61,396 nt of DNA from an uncultured Planctomycetales bacterium (lineage in GTDB: Bacteria; Omnitrophota; Gorgyraeia; Aquiviventales; Aquiviventaceae). Positions 7,813-17,866 of the stretch are shown piece after piece. Numbering within the stretch: the stretch's first letter is position 1; each line of letters starts with the position of its first letter. The notes under the pieces were generated by a model. It was not told the origin of the DNA. It searched no databases and saw only the letters and a program-made list of their open reading frames with translations. The DNA is taken from assembly GCA_964624155.1 (NCBI GenBank), contig CAZUWM010000003.1:1-61396 (forward strand), read 5' to 3'. The translations under genes and the position numbers were made by a program.

Positions 7813-9573
7813 TCACTCCTCCATGGTGGAGATGTCCCCGACAGGAAGCCCTTGATCCCACGCGCGCAAGACGCGGCGCATGATCTTGCCGGAGCGCGTC
7901 TTGGGGACTTTCTCGACGAAGTCGATCTCTCGGGGAGCGGCGTGCGCGGCCAGATTGTTCTTCACAAAATCGGCGATCTCTTTCTTGAGTGGTTCCGACG
8001 GCTGATAGCCTTTTCGAAGCGCGACGAACGCCTTGATGATCTGCCCCCGCACCTCATCGGGCTTGCCGATGACACCGGCTTCGGCCACCGCCGGATGCGC
8101 CACCAGCGCGCTTTCGACCTCGAACGGCCCCACGCGCTCACCGGAGGTTTTAATCACGTCGTCGGCTCGTCCCTGATACCAGATGTAGCCGTCTTCGTCC
8201 TTGAACGCGCTGTCGCCGCTCACGTACCAGCCGGGGATGCGGAAGTACTCCTGGTACTTCGCCGGGTTCTTCCAGATTGACTGCATCATCGAGGGCCACC
8301 CCGGCTTCACCACCAAATGTCCCAGTTGGCCGGGGGGCAACTCCCTGCCTTGATCATCGACGACGCTCGCATAGGTGCCAGGAAACGGCTTGCCGGTGCA
8401 GCCGATCTTGAAATCGTAGCTGCGATAATTGCAGATGAGCTGCATGCCGGTTTCGGTCATCCACCAGGTTTCATGCGGGGCCAGGCCGGTGATTTTCTTG
8501 ATCCACTTGAGCGCCTCGGGGTTCAGCGGCTCGCCGACGCTGCAAATGTGCCGCAGACTGGAGAGATCATACTGTTTGGGAATGGCCTCTCCTGCTGACA
8601 TGAGCATTCGATAGGCGGTCGGCGCACTGTACCACATCGTCACCCGGTACTTCTGGATCGTCTGATACCATCGGTCCGCATCAAACCGGCCGCCGAGGAC
8701 GACGCTGGTGATCCCCAGCGTCCACGGCCCGTAAATTCCATAGGAGGTTCCTGTCACCCAACCTGGATCCGCGGTGCACCAGAAGCAGTCGTCGTCGCGC
8801 AGATCAAGCGCCCATTTCGCGGTCTGGTAATGGCCCACCATGGCGTACTGGCGATGGAGCGCCCCTTTCGATTTGCCGGTTGAGCCGGAGGTGTAGTGAA
8901 TAATCAGGCTGTCGTCTTTGGTCAACCACTCCGGCTCGCACTGGTCTGACGCGTTCTTCATCTGCGCGTCATAGCTGATCTCACCGGCGGCGAGCGGCCC
9001 TTCGGCACCGACAAGGATGAGGTGTTCCAGCGCCGGAAGGGATTGACGTGGGATGCGCCCTTTCAGCGAGGGAGTGGTCACGCAGGCGATGGCCTCGCTG
9101 TTTTCCAATCGATCCTGGATAGCCTGCTCCATGAAGGCTTCGAACAACGGAACAGGGATTGCTCCAATACGATTAATGCCAAGGATGGCGAGATAGAGCT
9201 CCGGCGTGCGCGGGAGGAACGTCCCCACTCGGTCACCCTTCTTGACGCCAAGCTGTTTCAGGACGTTGCCGAAGCGGCTTGAAAGGGCTTGCAGATCGGC
9301 GAAAGTGTAGCGCTCATCGCGTTTCTCAAGGTCAGTGTAGAAGAGAGCGACTTTGGTACGTCGGAGGGAGGAGGCGTGACGATCGACGGCTTCATGGACC
9401 ACGTTGACCTTGCCGGTCGTGAACCAATCGAATTCCCGCTCAACGTCCTCCCACCGAAACGTGCGATAGGTCGCGTCGTAATCCTTGAGATTAGCGTCGA
9501 TGATCTTGGGCTTGCGTTCCCACTCGACCTGCGCGGCCATTGAAGTAGGCGATTCAACTGGAGAGTCTGCCAT
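7813..9573 (-). CDS. acsA: Acetate--CoA ligase
   Basis: YTSGSTGKSKG, WCTADPGWVTG, WWMTETG, PKTRSGKIMRR. ATG at 9573 overlaps the nuoH TAA (TAATG). Confidence 0.93.
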   Translation of the reverse strand: MADSPVESPTSMAAQVEWERKPKIIDANLKDYDATYRTFRWEDVEREFDWFTTGKVNVVHEAVDRHASSLRRTKVALFYTDLEKRDERYTFADLQALSSRFGNVLKQLGVKKGDRVGTFLPRTPELYLAILGINRIGAIPVPLFEAFMEQAIQDRLENSEAIACVTTPSLKGRIPRQSLPALEHLILVGAEGPLAAGEISYDAQMKNASDQCEPEWLTKDDSLIIHYTSGSTGKSKGALHRQYAMVGHYQTAKWALDLRDDDCFWCTADPGWVTGTSYGIYGPWTLGITSVVLGGRFDADRWYQTIQKYRVTMWYSAPTAYRMLMSAGEAIPKQYDLSSLRHICSVGEPLNPEALKWIKKITGLAPHETWWMTETGMQLICNYRSYDFKIGCTGKPFPGTYASVVDDQGRELPPGQLGHLVVKPGWPSMMQSIWKNPAKYQEYFRIPGWYVSGDSAFKDEDGYIWYQGRADDVIKTSGERVGPFEVESALVAHPAVAEAGVIGKPDEVRGQIIKAFVALRKGYQPSEPLKKEIADFVKNNLAAHAAPREIDFVEKVPKTRSGKIMRRVLRAWDQGLPVGDISTMEE

Positions 9574-10847
9574 TAGTCGACAAGCAGGTAGGTTCTCGGC
9601 TGCAACGGTGCGGGATTGTTGAGTCGAATCAACCACCAAACACTGAGGCTTAACAGGGCGAAGGCGAAGAGTCCTCCCTGGAATCCTGGCAAGGCCACCC
9701 AGAGAGCGGCCGCCATGATGTTGATCAACGTCAGGGGGAGGAAGAACTTCCACGCCAATCCCATGAGTTGATCGACCCGAAGGCGTGGAAGCGTACCGCG
9801 GAACCACACCATGACGAACACCAACAGATAGGTCTTGGCAAGAAACCAGGCCCATGAGGGGACCGCTTCATTCGCAAGGTATGCGAGCATTCCCGTCCCC
9901 ACGCAGGCCAAGACGCCGGACCCTCGCAGCGCCATGGGGATCGTTCGAGCGGTGGCGACAATGAACGCCGAACCACAGAGCGCCCACCACAGGGGAATCG
10001 CCGGACCCTGCCAGCCACCGAGAAACAGCGTCACGGTGAAGGCGCTGATGGCAAAGGCCTCGAGGAACTCGGCCATGTACCAGAGCGCGAACTTCATCCC
10101 GCTGTATTCGGTATGGAAGCCGGCGACGATTTCCGATTCGCCTTCGGGCATGTCGAAGGGCGTGCGATTCACTTCAGCCACTCCGCTCAGGAAAAAGATG
10201 AGGGCTGCGACCACGCCCCACGGGGTGAAGACAAACCACTGATCCGCCTGCGCCTCAACGATCCTCGCAGTGGACAGGGTTCCGGTGATCATGATCACCG
10301 TCACCACGGACAAGATCGAGGGCACTTCATAGGAGATGATCTGGGCCACGGCCCGCATCGCGCCCAGGAGCGAGAACTTGCTGCGCGAACTCCACCCGCC
10401 CATGAAAATCGCGTAGGAGCTAATCGAGGAGATGGCCAAGAAGTACAGCAGCCCAACGTTGAGATCGACGGCCACCATGTTTCGACCAAACGGCAGGACG
10501 GCAAAGACCAGGAGCGCCGGGATGACCGCCACCACCGGAGCCAACCAGTGCAGGAGTCGGTCGGCTCCATCCGGCACGATGTCTTCTTTGATCAGCATCT
10601 TCAGACCATCAGCCAGGGGTTGCGCCAACCCGTAGAGGCCGACTCGATTTGGGCCGAATCGGTTTTGCATTCGCGCGATGATTTTGCGCTCCAACCATGT
10701 CAGATACATCATGATGAGCGGGGCGATCGTCGCAATCGCGCCGATTCCGATCAGGATCGAGACCAATGGAACCGCCCAGTCGGGCAGAATCCTGGCAGCC
10801 AATTGAGTGGCGAACGCACTGAGGGAAACGAAGAGCTGATCGATCAT
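9573..10847 (-). CDS. nuoH: NADH-quinone oxidoreductase subunit H
   Basis: ERKIIARMQNRFGPNRVG, ADGLKMLIKED, ISYEVP, NRTPFDMPEGESEIVAGF, PRLRVDQLM. Confidence 0.95.
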   Translation of the reverse strand: MIDQLFVSLSAFATQLAARILPDWAVPLVSILIGIGAIATIAPLIMMYLTWLERKIIARMQNRFGPNRVGLYGLAQPLADGLKMLIKEDIVPDGADRLLHWLAPVVAVIPALLVFAVLPFGRNMVAVDLNVGLLYFLAISSISSYAIFMGGWSSRSKFSLLGAMRAVAQIISYEVPSILSVVTVIMITGTLSTARIVEAQADQWFVFTPWGVVAALIFFLSGVAEVNRTPFDMPEGESEIVAGFHTEYSGMKFALWYMAEFLEAFAISAFTVTLFLGGWQGPAIPLWWALCGSAFIVATARTIPMALRGSGVLACVGTGMLAYLANEAVPSWAWFLAKTYLLVFVMVWFRGTLPRLRVDQLMGLAWKFFLPLTLINIMAAALWVALPGFQGGLFAFALLSLSVWWLIRLNNPAPLQPRTYLLVD

Positions 10848-11488
10848 GCGGAGGGAGTCGGGGGTGCAGCCGACCGAGCCGGCACCGTCCCCGCTGGCGA
10901 GGAAGTGCCGCCAGCCGGATGGCTGGCGGCCTTTTTGGCCTTGGCGGCTAACCGCTGATCGACGACGGCCGCTTCCGTTGGCTTGATCTTCTGGAAGTAT
11001 TCCGCGCTTTTCAAGAGCCGCTCCTTATCATAGACCAGCTCCCGAAATCGTTCATCGCTCGAAATCTCATGGGCGTTATCCATCTCAATGGCCTCAAACG
11101 GGCAGACATCCACACAAATCTTGCAGGACATGCAAATGGAGACATCGATGTCGAAGCGCACCGGGTAGGTCCGTCCATGGACCTTGAGGGGCCGGCCCTG
11201 CTCATCTTTCGCAGGCCCGACGATATGGATGCACTGCGGGGGACATTCCTGTTCACAGATCTTGCAGGCTACACAACGCAGATTCTCCGGGGTTCCATCG
11301 TAGATAAGAAACGGAAAGACGCGGTGCCGCTCAGCATGTTGCTGTTTGACTTCTGGGTATTGGATGGTAAACAGCCCGTCGCCTTCTGGAAAACCCACAC
11401 GTTTCAGGATCCAGCGGCCGACCGGATAGGTGCCGATGAACTGCCGTAACGTCACCCGCAGTCCTTTCAGCACACCGATGCCAATCAT
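10844..11488 (-). CDS. nuoI: NADH-quinone oxidoreductase subunit I
   Basis: TIQYPE, CVACKICEQECP and CMSCKICVDVCP (two 4Fe-4S motifs). Confidence 0.9.
   Translation of the reverse strand: MIGIGVLKGLRVTLRQFIGTYPVGRWILKRVGFPEGDGLFTIQYPEVKQQHAERHRVFPFLIYDGTPENLRCVACKICEQECPPQCIHIVGPAKDEQGRPLKVHGRTYPVRFDIDVSICMSCKICVDVCPFEAIEMDNAHEISSDERFRELVYDKERLLKSAEYFQKIKPTEAAVVDQRLAAKAKKAASHPAGGTSSPAGTVPARSAAPPTPSA
10872..10930. repeat. 59-nt double-hairpin element inside the nuoI 3' end
   Basis: 46/59 identical to 47390-47448; stem GCCGCCAGCC/GGCTGGCGGC. Confidence 0.75.
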
Positions 11489-11628
11489 GGTTCGACTCGC
11501 TGATGCTCGCTCACCATGACCCTGAGTCCTTCGGCAAGCTCAGGATCCCTCAATCGATCCCGAGCGAAGTCGAGGGACAAGGCCGAACCCGTTCGACTAC
11601 ACTCAGGGTTCGGTCGCGTCGAACGGGT
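11479..11628. repeat. REP-like palindromic cluster (TTCGAC..CTCAGG family)
   Basis: gttcgactcgc..ctcaccatgaccctgag, ccttcggcaagctcagg, cgagcgaagtcgaggg, gttcgactacactcaggg. Related units at 26749-26793 and 30028-30043. Confidence 0.65.
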
Positions 11629-11638
11629 CATCATGTGT

Positions 11639-12778
11639 TCACCGATCCACCTCACCCATCACAATGTCAATCGAGCCGAGAATGATGATCACATCGGCCA
11701 CTTTTTGGCCGAGACACATGTCTTCGAGGATCGTCAGGTTGATAAAGCTCGGCGCGCGGACGTGATACCGATACGGCTGAGGGCTTCCGTCGCTCGAGAG
11801 ATAGAATCCCAGCTCGCCCTTGGGCGCTTCGATCCGCCCGTACGCCTCCGCTCCCTTCGGGGGCCGAAAGGTCCGAGGCGACCTGACCAGTTGCAATCCT
11901 TTCGGGCTGAGGGACGATCCCGAGGGGATTTCTTTCAGGGCCTGTTGAAGGATCTTCAAGCTCTCGCGCATTTCCAGGATGCGGACATAGTACCGATCGT
12001 AGACATCCCCGGCCGTCCCGAGCGGCACCCTGAAGCTGAACCGCGGATAGATCCCATAGCCGTCGACCTTGCGGATGTCGTAATCCACGCCGGAGGCGCG
12101 CAGCATCGGGCCGGTCACGCTGGCATCGATCGCCAACGCCTTCGGCAAGACCCCGACGTTCTGCGTGCGCTGACGGACGATCTCGTTCTGCGTCAACAAG
12201 GCTTCAAACTCATCCAAGAACCGCGGGTACTCGTTGACAATCGCTTGGGCCTGCTCAAGAAATCCTTCCGGCACATCCTCACGCACCCCGCCCGGCCGGA
12301 TGTAGTTGCACATCATCCTCGAACCGGAGGCCATCTCGAAGAGATCGAGGATGTTCTCGCGCTCGCGAAAGGCGTACAGCAGCGGCGTGCCGAAGGCTCC
12401 CATATCATTGAGGAGGAAACCGGTGACCGCGGTGTGGTTCACCAGACGGGTCAGCTCCGACATGATCACCCGGATATACTGCGCGCGCTCCGGTACCTCG
12501 ATGCCGCCGGCGAGCTGCTCGATCGCCAAGGCGAGTGCGAGGTTGTTCGTCATCGCACAGAAGTAGTCGAGCCGGTCGGTGAACGGAAACGAGGCGATAT
12601 ACGTCATCCCCTCGCCGATCTGCTCGTGATTGCGATGCAGATACCCCATGACCGGCTTGAGCTTGACAACCGTCTCTCCATCCAACACCGCCTGCATCCG
12701 GAACACCCCGTGCGTCGAGGGATGCTGCGGCCCCAGGTTCACTTCCAGTAGTTGAGTTTCTAGCAGTGGTTCAGCCAT
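11639..12778 (-). CDS. nuoD: NADH-quinone oxidoreductase subunit D
   Basis: [32 protein letters not shown]-terminal DIVMGEVDR; no NiFe CxxC motifs. Confidence 0.95.
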   Translation of the reverse strand: MAEPLLETQLLEVNLGPQHPSTHGVFRMQAVLDGETVVKLKPVMGYLHRNHEQIGEGMTYIASFPFTDRLDYFCAMTNNLALALAIEQLAGGIEVPERAQYIRVIMSELTRLVNHTAVTGFLLNDMGAFGTPLLYAFRERENILDLFEMASGSRMMCNYIRPGGVREDVPEGFLEQAQAIVNEYPRFLDEFEALLTQNEIVRQRTQNVGVLPKALAIDASVTGPMLRASGVDYDIRKVDGYGIYPRFSFRVPLGTAGDVYDRYYVRILEMRESLKILQQALKEIPSGSSLSPKGLQLVRSPRTFRPPKGAEAYGRIEAPKGELGFYLSSDGSPQPYRYHVRAPSFINLTILEDMCLGQKVADVIIILGSIDIVMGEVDR

Positions 12779-12809
12779 TAATTCCGCATTCCGAATTCCG
12801 CATTCCGCA

Positions 12810-13286
12810 TTACGGAACGTCTTGGTCCTCGACCACGTAGTCTTTGCGCATCGGATGACCCTTGAAGCCTTCCCACATCAAGATGCGGCGCAAATCGGGA
12901 TGGCCCTCAAAGATGACGCCGAACAAGTCGTACGCCTCCCGCTCCTGAAACTCCGCGCCGCGCCACATCGGGGTCACGGAAGGCACGACCGGATTCGCCC
13001 GTGGGAGCTTGACTCGCACCGCGAGGGGACCATGTTTCTGTTTCATGGAATACAGATGGTAGACGGTTTCAACGGCATCCGGAGGATAGTCGATGGCCGT
13101 AAGGTTGGAGAGATAGTCCATGTCATACGCGGGCGAATCCTTCAGGAATCGACAGACCCGCAACAGATCCTTCACCTCCACGACGAGGGTGAGACCTTCC
13201 AGTTGGAGCGTCACACCAGGAAGGCTGCGTTCAATGGTGGCTTTGAATGCGTCAACCGGAGGAAGCATCCTATACACAGATGTCAC
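12810..13286 (-). CDS. nuoC: NADH-quinone oxidoreductase subunit C
   Basis: [43 protein letters not shown]. Start may be 13268. Confidence 0.92.
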   Translation of the reverse strand: MTSVYRMLPPVDAFKATIERSLPGVTLQLEGLTLVVEVKDLLRVCRFLKDSPAYDMDYLSNLTAIDYPPDAVETVYHLYSMKQKHGPLAVRVKLPRANPVVPSVTPMWRGAEFQEREAYDLFGVIFEGHPDLRRILMWEGFKGHPMRKDYVVEDQDVP

Positions 13287-13293
13287 AGATCAA

Positions 13294-13350
13294 GAACTCC
13301 ACAGATTGACACAGATATCTGTGCTCATCTGTGTGTTGCATCTGTGCTCG
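13294..13350. repeat. CACAGAT/ATCTGTG repeat element at the nuoB-nuoC junction
   Basis: Four CACAGAT-type units then four TCTGTG units; supplies the nuoB tail [11 protein letters not shown]. Confidence 0.7.
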
Positions 13351-13936
13351 TCTGTGTTGATGGAGGTTGCCAGACATCAGAGTTATACCGCGGCACCAGT
13401 CCCTGTTCACCAAACGCGGGGACTGGATATTCGCCTCGTTTCTGATCCATGGCTGCCTTGAAGGATTGCGCTTTGATGTGTGCTTGAAGGCGCATCAACC
13501 CGTCCAGCAATGCCTCCGGCGTGGGAGGACAACCCGGAATATAGACATCAACCGGGATATACCGATCAATACCTTTGAGGACGTTATAGCCCTTGTGAAA
13601 CGGACCACCCGAGGTCGCACAGGCGCCCATCGAGATCACGTACTTGGGCTCAGCCATCTGGTTGTACAAGCGCACCACTTGGGGCGCCATCTTCTTCGTG
13701 ACGGTCCCCGCGACAATCATGAGATCAGCCTGTCGAGGCGAGGCACGGAAGATCTCCGAGCCGAATCGCGCGATGTCATACCGCGAGGCGGCGGTGGCGA
13801 TCATCTCAATGGCGCAGCAGGCCAGCCCGAACTGCAGCGGCCAGATCGAGTTGGACCGCCCCCAGTTGACGAGTTGATCCCAGGTCGTCACGTAGACGCC
13901 CTGCTTCTGCAACTCGCTCTTGAGGCCTTCGTCCAT
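13325..13936 (-). CDS. nuoB: NADH-quinone oxidoreductase subunit B
   Basis: [41 protein letters not shown]. Confidence 0.96.
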   Translation of the reverse strand: MDEGLKSELQKQGVYVTTWDQLVNWGRSNSIWPLQFGLACCAIEMIATAASRYDIARFGSEIFRASPRQADLMIVAGTVTKKMAPQVVRLYNQMAEPKYVISMGACATSGGPFHKGYNVLKGIDRYIPVDVYIPGCPPTPEALLDGLMRLQAHIKAQSFKAAMDQKRGEYPVPAFGEQGLVPRYNSDVWQPPSTQTSTDATHR

Positions 13937-13985
13937 GCTCGTCTCTCAATCACTCAATCACCTAATCACTCAATCACCGTTTGAA

Positions 13986-14354
13986 TCACTCCCATTCGAG
14001 GACACCTTTGCGCCAAGCGTAGGCCAGGCCGACGGCTAGAATCGCCAGGAAGAACATCATCTCCACCAACGCGACCCACCCCAGCGATCGCCACACCATC
14101 GCCCACGGATAAATAAACACGATCTCCACATCAAAAATCACGAAGAGCAGCGCATACAGATAATACTGCACCCGAAACTGCACCCACGGGTCGCCGACCG
14201 ACTCCAGCCCGCATTCATAGGCCGCCGTTTTGGACGCGCCCGGCTTCTTTGGCGCGAGAAACCGAGCGAGGATCAACGGCAAGACCGCCATGATGATCGC
14301 GGCAACCGTCAAGATTCCGATGAAGAGGTACTGGTACGCGTACGTCGACGACAT
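13986..14354 (-). CDS. nuoA: NADH-quinone oxidoreductase subunit A
   Basis: YECG, QYYLYALLFVIFDVEIVFIYPWA, WRKGVLEW; AGGAGG SD upstream of 14354. Confidence 0.95.
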   Translation of the reverse strand: MSSTYAYQYLFIGILTVAAIIMAVLPLILARFLAPKKPGASKTAAYECGLESVGDPWVQFRVQYYLYALLFVIFDVEIVFIYPWAMVWRSLGWVALVEMMFFLAILAVGLAYAWRKGVLEWE

Positions 14355-14457
14355 AGCAATTAAAACCCTCCTTAAGCCCTCTGTGATTTTATGGTACACT
14401 CACGCCATGCGAAAGGCAAGCCTCCTCACCAATTGGCATCGTCGGAACGTCGACGAA

Positions 14458-15258
14458 ATGACGAATGGATCACGCGACCGCAGCACGGAGAAAGCCGTCG
14501 GGATGAGGCGGCCAATTGGTGCGGGGGCAAGACTGCTCTCGGTACGTCTGTGGTCGGCGGGCGCGTGGATCCTCATCGTCCTGCTGACCATCGTGTTCTT
14601 CCTCCTCATCCTGGCGGCTCGCGTACTCTTGGGGTGGTCTGATCCCCAACGAAAAATTGCCCATTGGCTCGCCTCCCTGTGGGGCCAGGCGACTTTCTTC
14701 TGCTCTCCTGGCTGGCGAATCCGCGTCACCGGACGAAGCCACATTCATCCGGACCGCCCCTATCTCCTCGTGGCCAACCACCAGAGCGCCTTTGACATCA
14801 TGGCCCTCTACTTCTTGCGTCGGCAGTTCAAGTGGGTTGCGAAAGAGGAGCTCTTCAAGATCCCGTTCGCCGGATGGTCGATGTCCCTGGCCGGCTATAT
14901 CTCCCTCGGGAGAGGGCGCAACCGCAGTATTCAAGCCGCGTATGCGCAGGCCAAACAATGGCTGGCTGAAGGCATGTCGGTGTTATTCTTTCCTGAAGGC
15001 ACGCGGAGCATCACCGGCAAGCTCGGACCGTTCAAGAACGGAGCGTTTAAACTGGCGATTGAAGCTGGCGTGCCAGTGGTGCCCATCGCGGTTGACGGGA
15101 CGCGGGAGTTGCTCCCTCGGCACAGCCTCGTGCTGCGGACGCGCGGACACAGTCGCCTCGTCGTCCACCCGCCCATTGAGTCCTCGTCGTATCACGCGAA
15201 CCCGGATCGCCTTCGGGACGAGGTCCGACGACTCATTGAACAGACCCTCACGACCTGA
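14458..15258 (+). CDS. plsC: 1-acyl-sn-glycerol-3-phosphate acyltransferase
   Basis: NHQSAFD (HX4D), FPEGTRS, FKNGAF. Start uncertain. Confidence 0.88.
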   Translation: MTNGSRDRSTEKAVGMRRPIGAGARLLSVRLWSAGAWILIVLLTIVFFLLILAARVLLGWSDPQRKIAHWLASLWGQATFFCSPGWRIRVTGRSHIHPDRPYLLVANHQSAFDIMALYFLRRQFKWVAKEELFKIPFAGWSMSLAGYISLGRGRNRSIQAAYAQAKQWLAEGMSVLFFPEGTRSITGKLGPFKNGAFKLAIEAGVPVVPIAVDGTRELLPRHSLVLRTRGHSRLVVHPPIESSSYHANPDRLRDEVRRLIEQTLTT

Positions 15259-16955
15259 GCCAGTTCTCGTTCCGGGTGGGAACCCAGATGAATCCGCAGC
15301 ACCCGACGACGACGATCCATCAGGGCTTGCGCGTCCCCTAACGCCTGGGCTTGTTTGAGGACGCCAAAGGTGTACGGTTGACCTGGGATGGGCACGTCCA
15401 CCGCATCATCGCACGTGAAACACAACAACACCGCCCGATCAGACCCACCTTTGTAGAGCTGGCCGATGGAGTGGAGATACCGAGGTCCGTGACTCAAGAC
15501 CGTCGCCACCCCCAAACGCTCAGCCAATTGATGGCGCAGGACCACCAACTGGTCATCGAGCGAGGCCAGGCACGGCAAGAATGAGATCAGCGCCACGTAA
15601 TCGTCCTCATGAACGTGCTCCAGCAGCGTTTCCAGCAGGTCGTGGAGCGAATCGCCACGCAACCATGAGCGATCCCCATACAGGCGCAGGTCACCGTTCA
15701 CCAGGAGGGGCTCGTCGGACGGCAACGCATGGTCGCGGGTATAGCGGTCCAACAGTTGCATGGTGCGGTCCTTGCTCTCCTGGACGTTGGGCTCGTCAAA
15801 GGGATTGACCCGCATGACGGACGCGGCGATCGCCGTCGCCATGAACCAGCGGACGATCTCACCACCGAGGTCATAGGCGTCACGCCATCGGAGCTGAACC
15901 ACGGGATGACCCGCCTCCGCGAGGGCGCGGATGGTCTCGTCAAGCCTTCGATCAACCTGAGCGGCGAGTTGGATGTCGATAAAGAGACGATCCGCACCGT
16001 ATTCAGGCGCTGAACGCAACGGCTCATCAGAGATCGGGATCAAACCCTTGCCGGATTTGCCGGTACTTTCGGCAATCAACTGCTCAATCCAGGCTCCTAA
16101 TGATCTCAACCCTGGGGGGCGCACCAACGTCATCTTATCTCTGCCCTGGCCTGCCCCTTCACCCAGGACGAGGCCAAGTTGGACCGCCGGGTTGTCGGAG
16201 AGCGCCCGATCCGGTTGGCAGGCTTCGAACATCTCACGCGCGCGAGACAACAACTGACGAATGTCCAGACCAATCAGCGCCGCCGGCACGAGGCCGAAAT
16301 ACGTCAGCGCAGAGAATCGTCCTCCGACATCCTGCCCGGTGGCCGGTCCATGCGCAAACACCCGACGAAATCCCAACTGGAGGGCCTGGGCCTCGAGGGG
16401 AGTCCCAACATCCGTGATGGCCACGCACTGTGTTCCCGACGACGGTCCATGAAGTTGACGAAGCTCGTCGTAGAAATACCGGCATAAGGCGTTCGGCTCC
16501 ACCGTCGTCCCTGATTTGCTCGAGACGATGACCAGCGTCCGCTCAAGCGGAAGACGTTGACGCAGGTGATGGATGGCGGTCGGGTCCGTCGTATCCACCA
16601 CCGTCAGGTCAAGCCATCCAGGTGTTACCCCAAAGATCGAGCGGCATACCTCAGGAAAGAGACTGCTGCCACCCATGCCCAGCAAGATCGCGTGCGTGAA
16701 GCCATCCTGTTTGACCTGCTGGGCGAAGGTGATGATCTCCTGAGCGGCAGATTCCATGACGGGGAGGATCGCCAGCCAGCCGAGTCGGTTCCGAATGGCG
16801 GCCGCTTCATCAGGTCTCGACGTCCAGAGGGTGGTGTCCTTGTCCCAGAGACGCTTGATGAACTGCTGGCCCCCAAGCCGCTTCCACGCCACGTCGATCT
16901 GTGACGCAAAGGAGCTTGGAAGAATGCTGATGGGTAGGAGAGATTGTCCGGTCAT
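15192..16955 (-). CDS. pgi: Glucose-6-phosphate isomerase (of the type found in Tal/Pgi fusions)
   Basis: GMGGSSL, SSKSGTTVE, VGGRFSAL, EQLIAESTGK, NPFDEPNVQESK, GPRYLHSIGQ. Confidence 0.85.
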   Translation of the reverse strand: MTGQSLLPISILPSSFASQIDVAWKRLGGQQFIKRLWDKDTTLWTSRPDEAAAIRNRLGWLAILPVMESAAQEIITFAQQVKQDGFTHAILLGMGGSSLFPEVCRSIFGVTPGWLDLTVVDTTDPTAIHHLRQRLPLERTLVIVSSKSGTTVEPNALCRYFYDELRQLHGPSSGTQCVAITDVGTPLEAQALQLGFRRVFAHGPATGQDVGGRFSALTYFGLVPAALIGLDIRQLLSRAREMFEACQPDRALSDNPAVQLGLVLGEGAGQGRDKMTLVRPPGLRSLGAWIEQLIAESTGKSGKGLIPISDEPLRSAPEYGADRLFIDIQLAAQVDRRLDETIRALAEAGHPVVQLRWRDAYDLGGEIVRWFMATAIAASVMRVNPFDEPNVQESKDRTMQLLDRYTRDHALPSDEPLLVNGDLRLYGDRSWLRGDSLHDLLETLLEHVHEDDYVALISFLPCLASLDDQLVVLRHQLAERLGVATVLSHGPRYLHSIGQLYKGGSDRAVLLCFTCDDAVDVPIPGQPYTFGVLKQAQALGDAQALMDRRRRVLRIHLGSHPERELAQVVRVCSMSRRTSSRRRSGFA

Positions 16956-16964
16956 GGCCGTCTA

Positions 16965-17820
16965 TTATGGCACAGACTGTCGTGATGAGAGAATGTCGTC
17001 AGGCAAGGTTCCCGCGAGCAGAGGGACGGATCCCGGCCAGCTGCTCGCAAGCTCCGGGGCGGGCGGTTCGCGGGTGATCGTCAGATCATCGTAGTAGGCG
17101 AGGGCTTCGGTCTGCGTGCTATCCGTATCGGTCATGAGCCCAATGGCGACGATCATCGGTGGATCGTCCTCGAAACAGCGTCGGTAATCCTCCGTCACAT
17201 TCCGTTTCACCGTCTGCCACGAACCGAGGTGCTCACGTCCGCTTTCAACGACAAGGATCTTCGAGTTTCTGGAGTAGGGACTCTCAAGCACCGTGTCAAC
17301 CGGCAGCGTCGCCGACCAGACGTAGTCGAGGTTGCGTTTCTGCCAGGGAAGCCCCGAGCTCTCGAAATAGACGTAGACCCGTGCGGAGGCATCCGAGCCT
17401 TGTTTGAGACTCAGGTTTTCTCCTTGGACGAACCGATCCACGCGCCACCGCCAGGAAATCCACGGATGGTGGGCGGGATCGACATGGAGCGGGGTTAAGA
17501 GGATCGAGGCTCCGGATTGACTGAGGGCTTGGAGGCTGGACAATCCGTCAAGCTGTTCGATGCCGTAGCGGGTACGGCCGTGAATCGCGACCTCCCGCCA
17601 GCGCTCGGAATCCAGGCGATCAAATGGCTCTTGGAAGATCAGATTCGAGACACGAGGAAACGGGAAGGACGAGGTCGTCGTGGCAGCCGCGTGGGGCTGG
17701 GAAGGACGATGCCGGGGCGCGCACCCTCCGCTGATGAGGAGCAACGTGATTTCACAGATTACAAGACTGATTCCACAGATTCTTACCCAGCGATCACTCA
17801 GTGCAATCCTCTGACAATCC
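16965..17820 (-). CDS. DUF3047-like lipoprotein
   Basis: ISWRWRV, DASARVYVYF, YVWSA, VVESG, MTDTDST; lipobox ISGGC. Start uncertain (ORF open to 17942). Confidence 0.7.
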
Positions 17821-17865
17821 CCGCCTGCCTCAATGTCCACGGGGCGGGCAGGTGTGTAATCTGTG
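17755..17865. repeat. CACAGATT repeat plus CCCGCCTGCC..GGCGGGCAGG palindrome
   Basis: cacagattt/cacagattc...aatctgtg units; palindrome at 17820-17852. Confidence 0.55.
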
Positions 17866-17866
17866 T

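Noticed and set aside
9574-9855. N-terminal extension of the 680-aa acs ORF
   Set aside because: It overlaps nuoH in another frame; the TAATG coupling at 9571-75 gives a better start.
11516-12751. Long antisense ORFs (also 54256-55494, 45187-46401, 22164-23204, 10113-10958, 46303-47544)
   Set aside because: Shadow or alternative frames of well-supported genes in high-GC DNA, with no recognisable motifs.
11639-13936. Group 4 [NiFe]-hydrogenase interpretation of the nuoBCD-like genes
   Set aside because: The large subunit lacks both CxxC nickel motifs and ends DIVMGEVDR, as in complex I.
15192-16955. Bifunctional transaldolase/PGI
   Set aside because: Only PGI motifs are present; no transaldolase domain precedes them.
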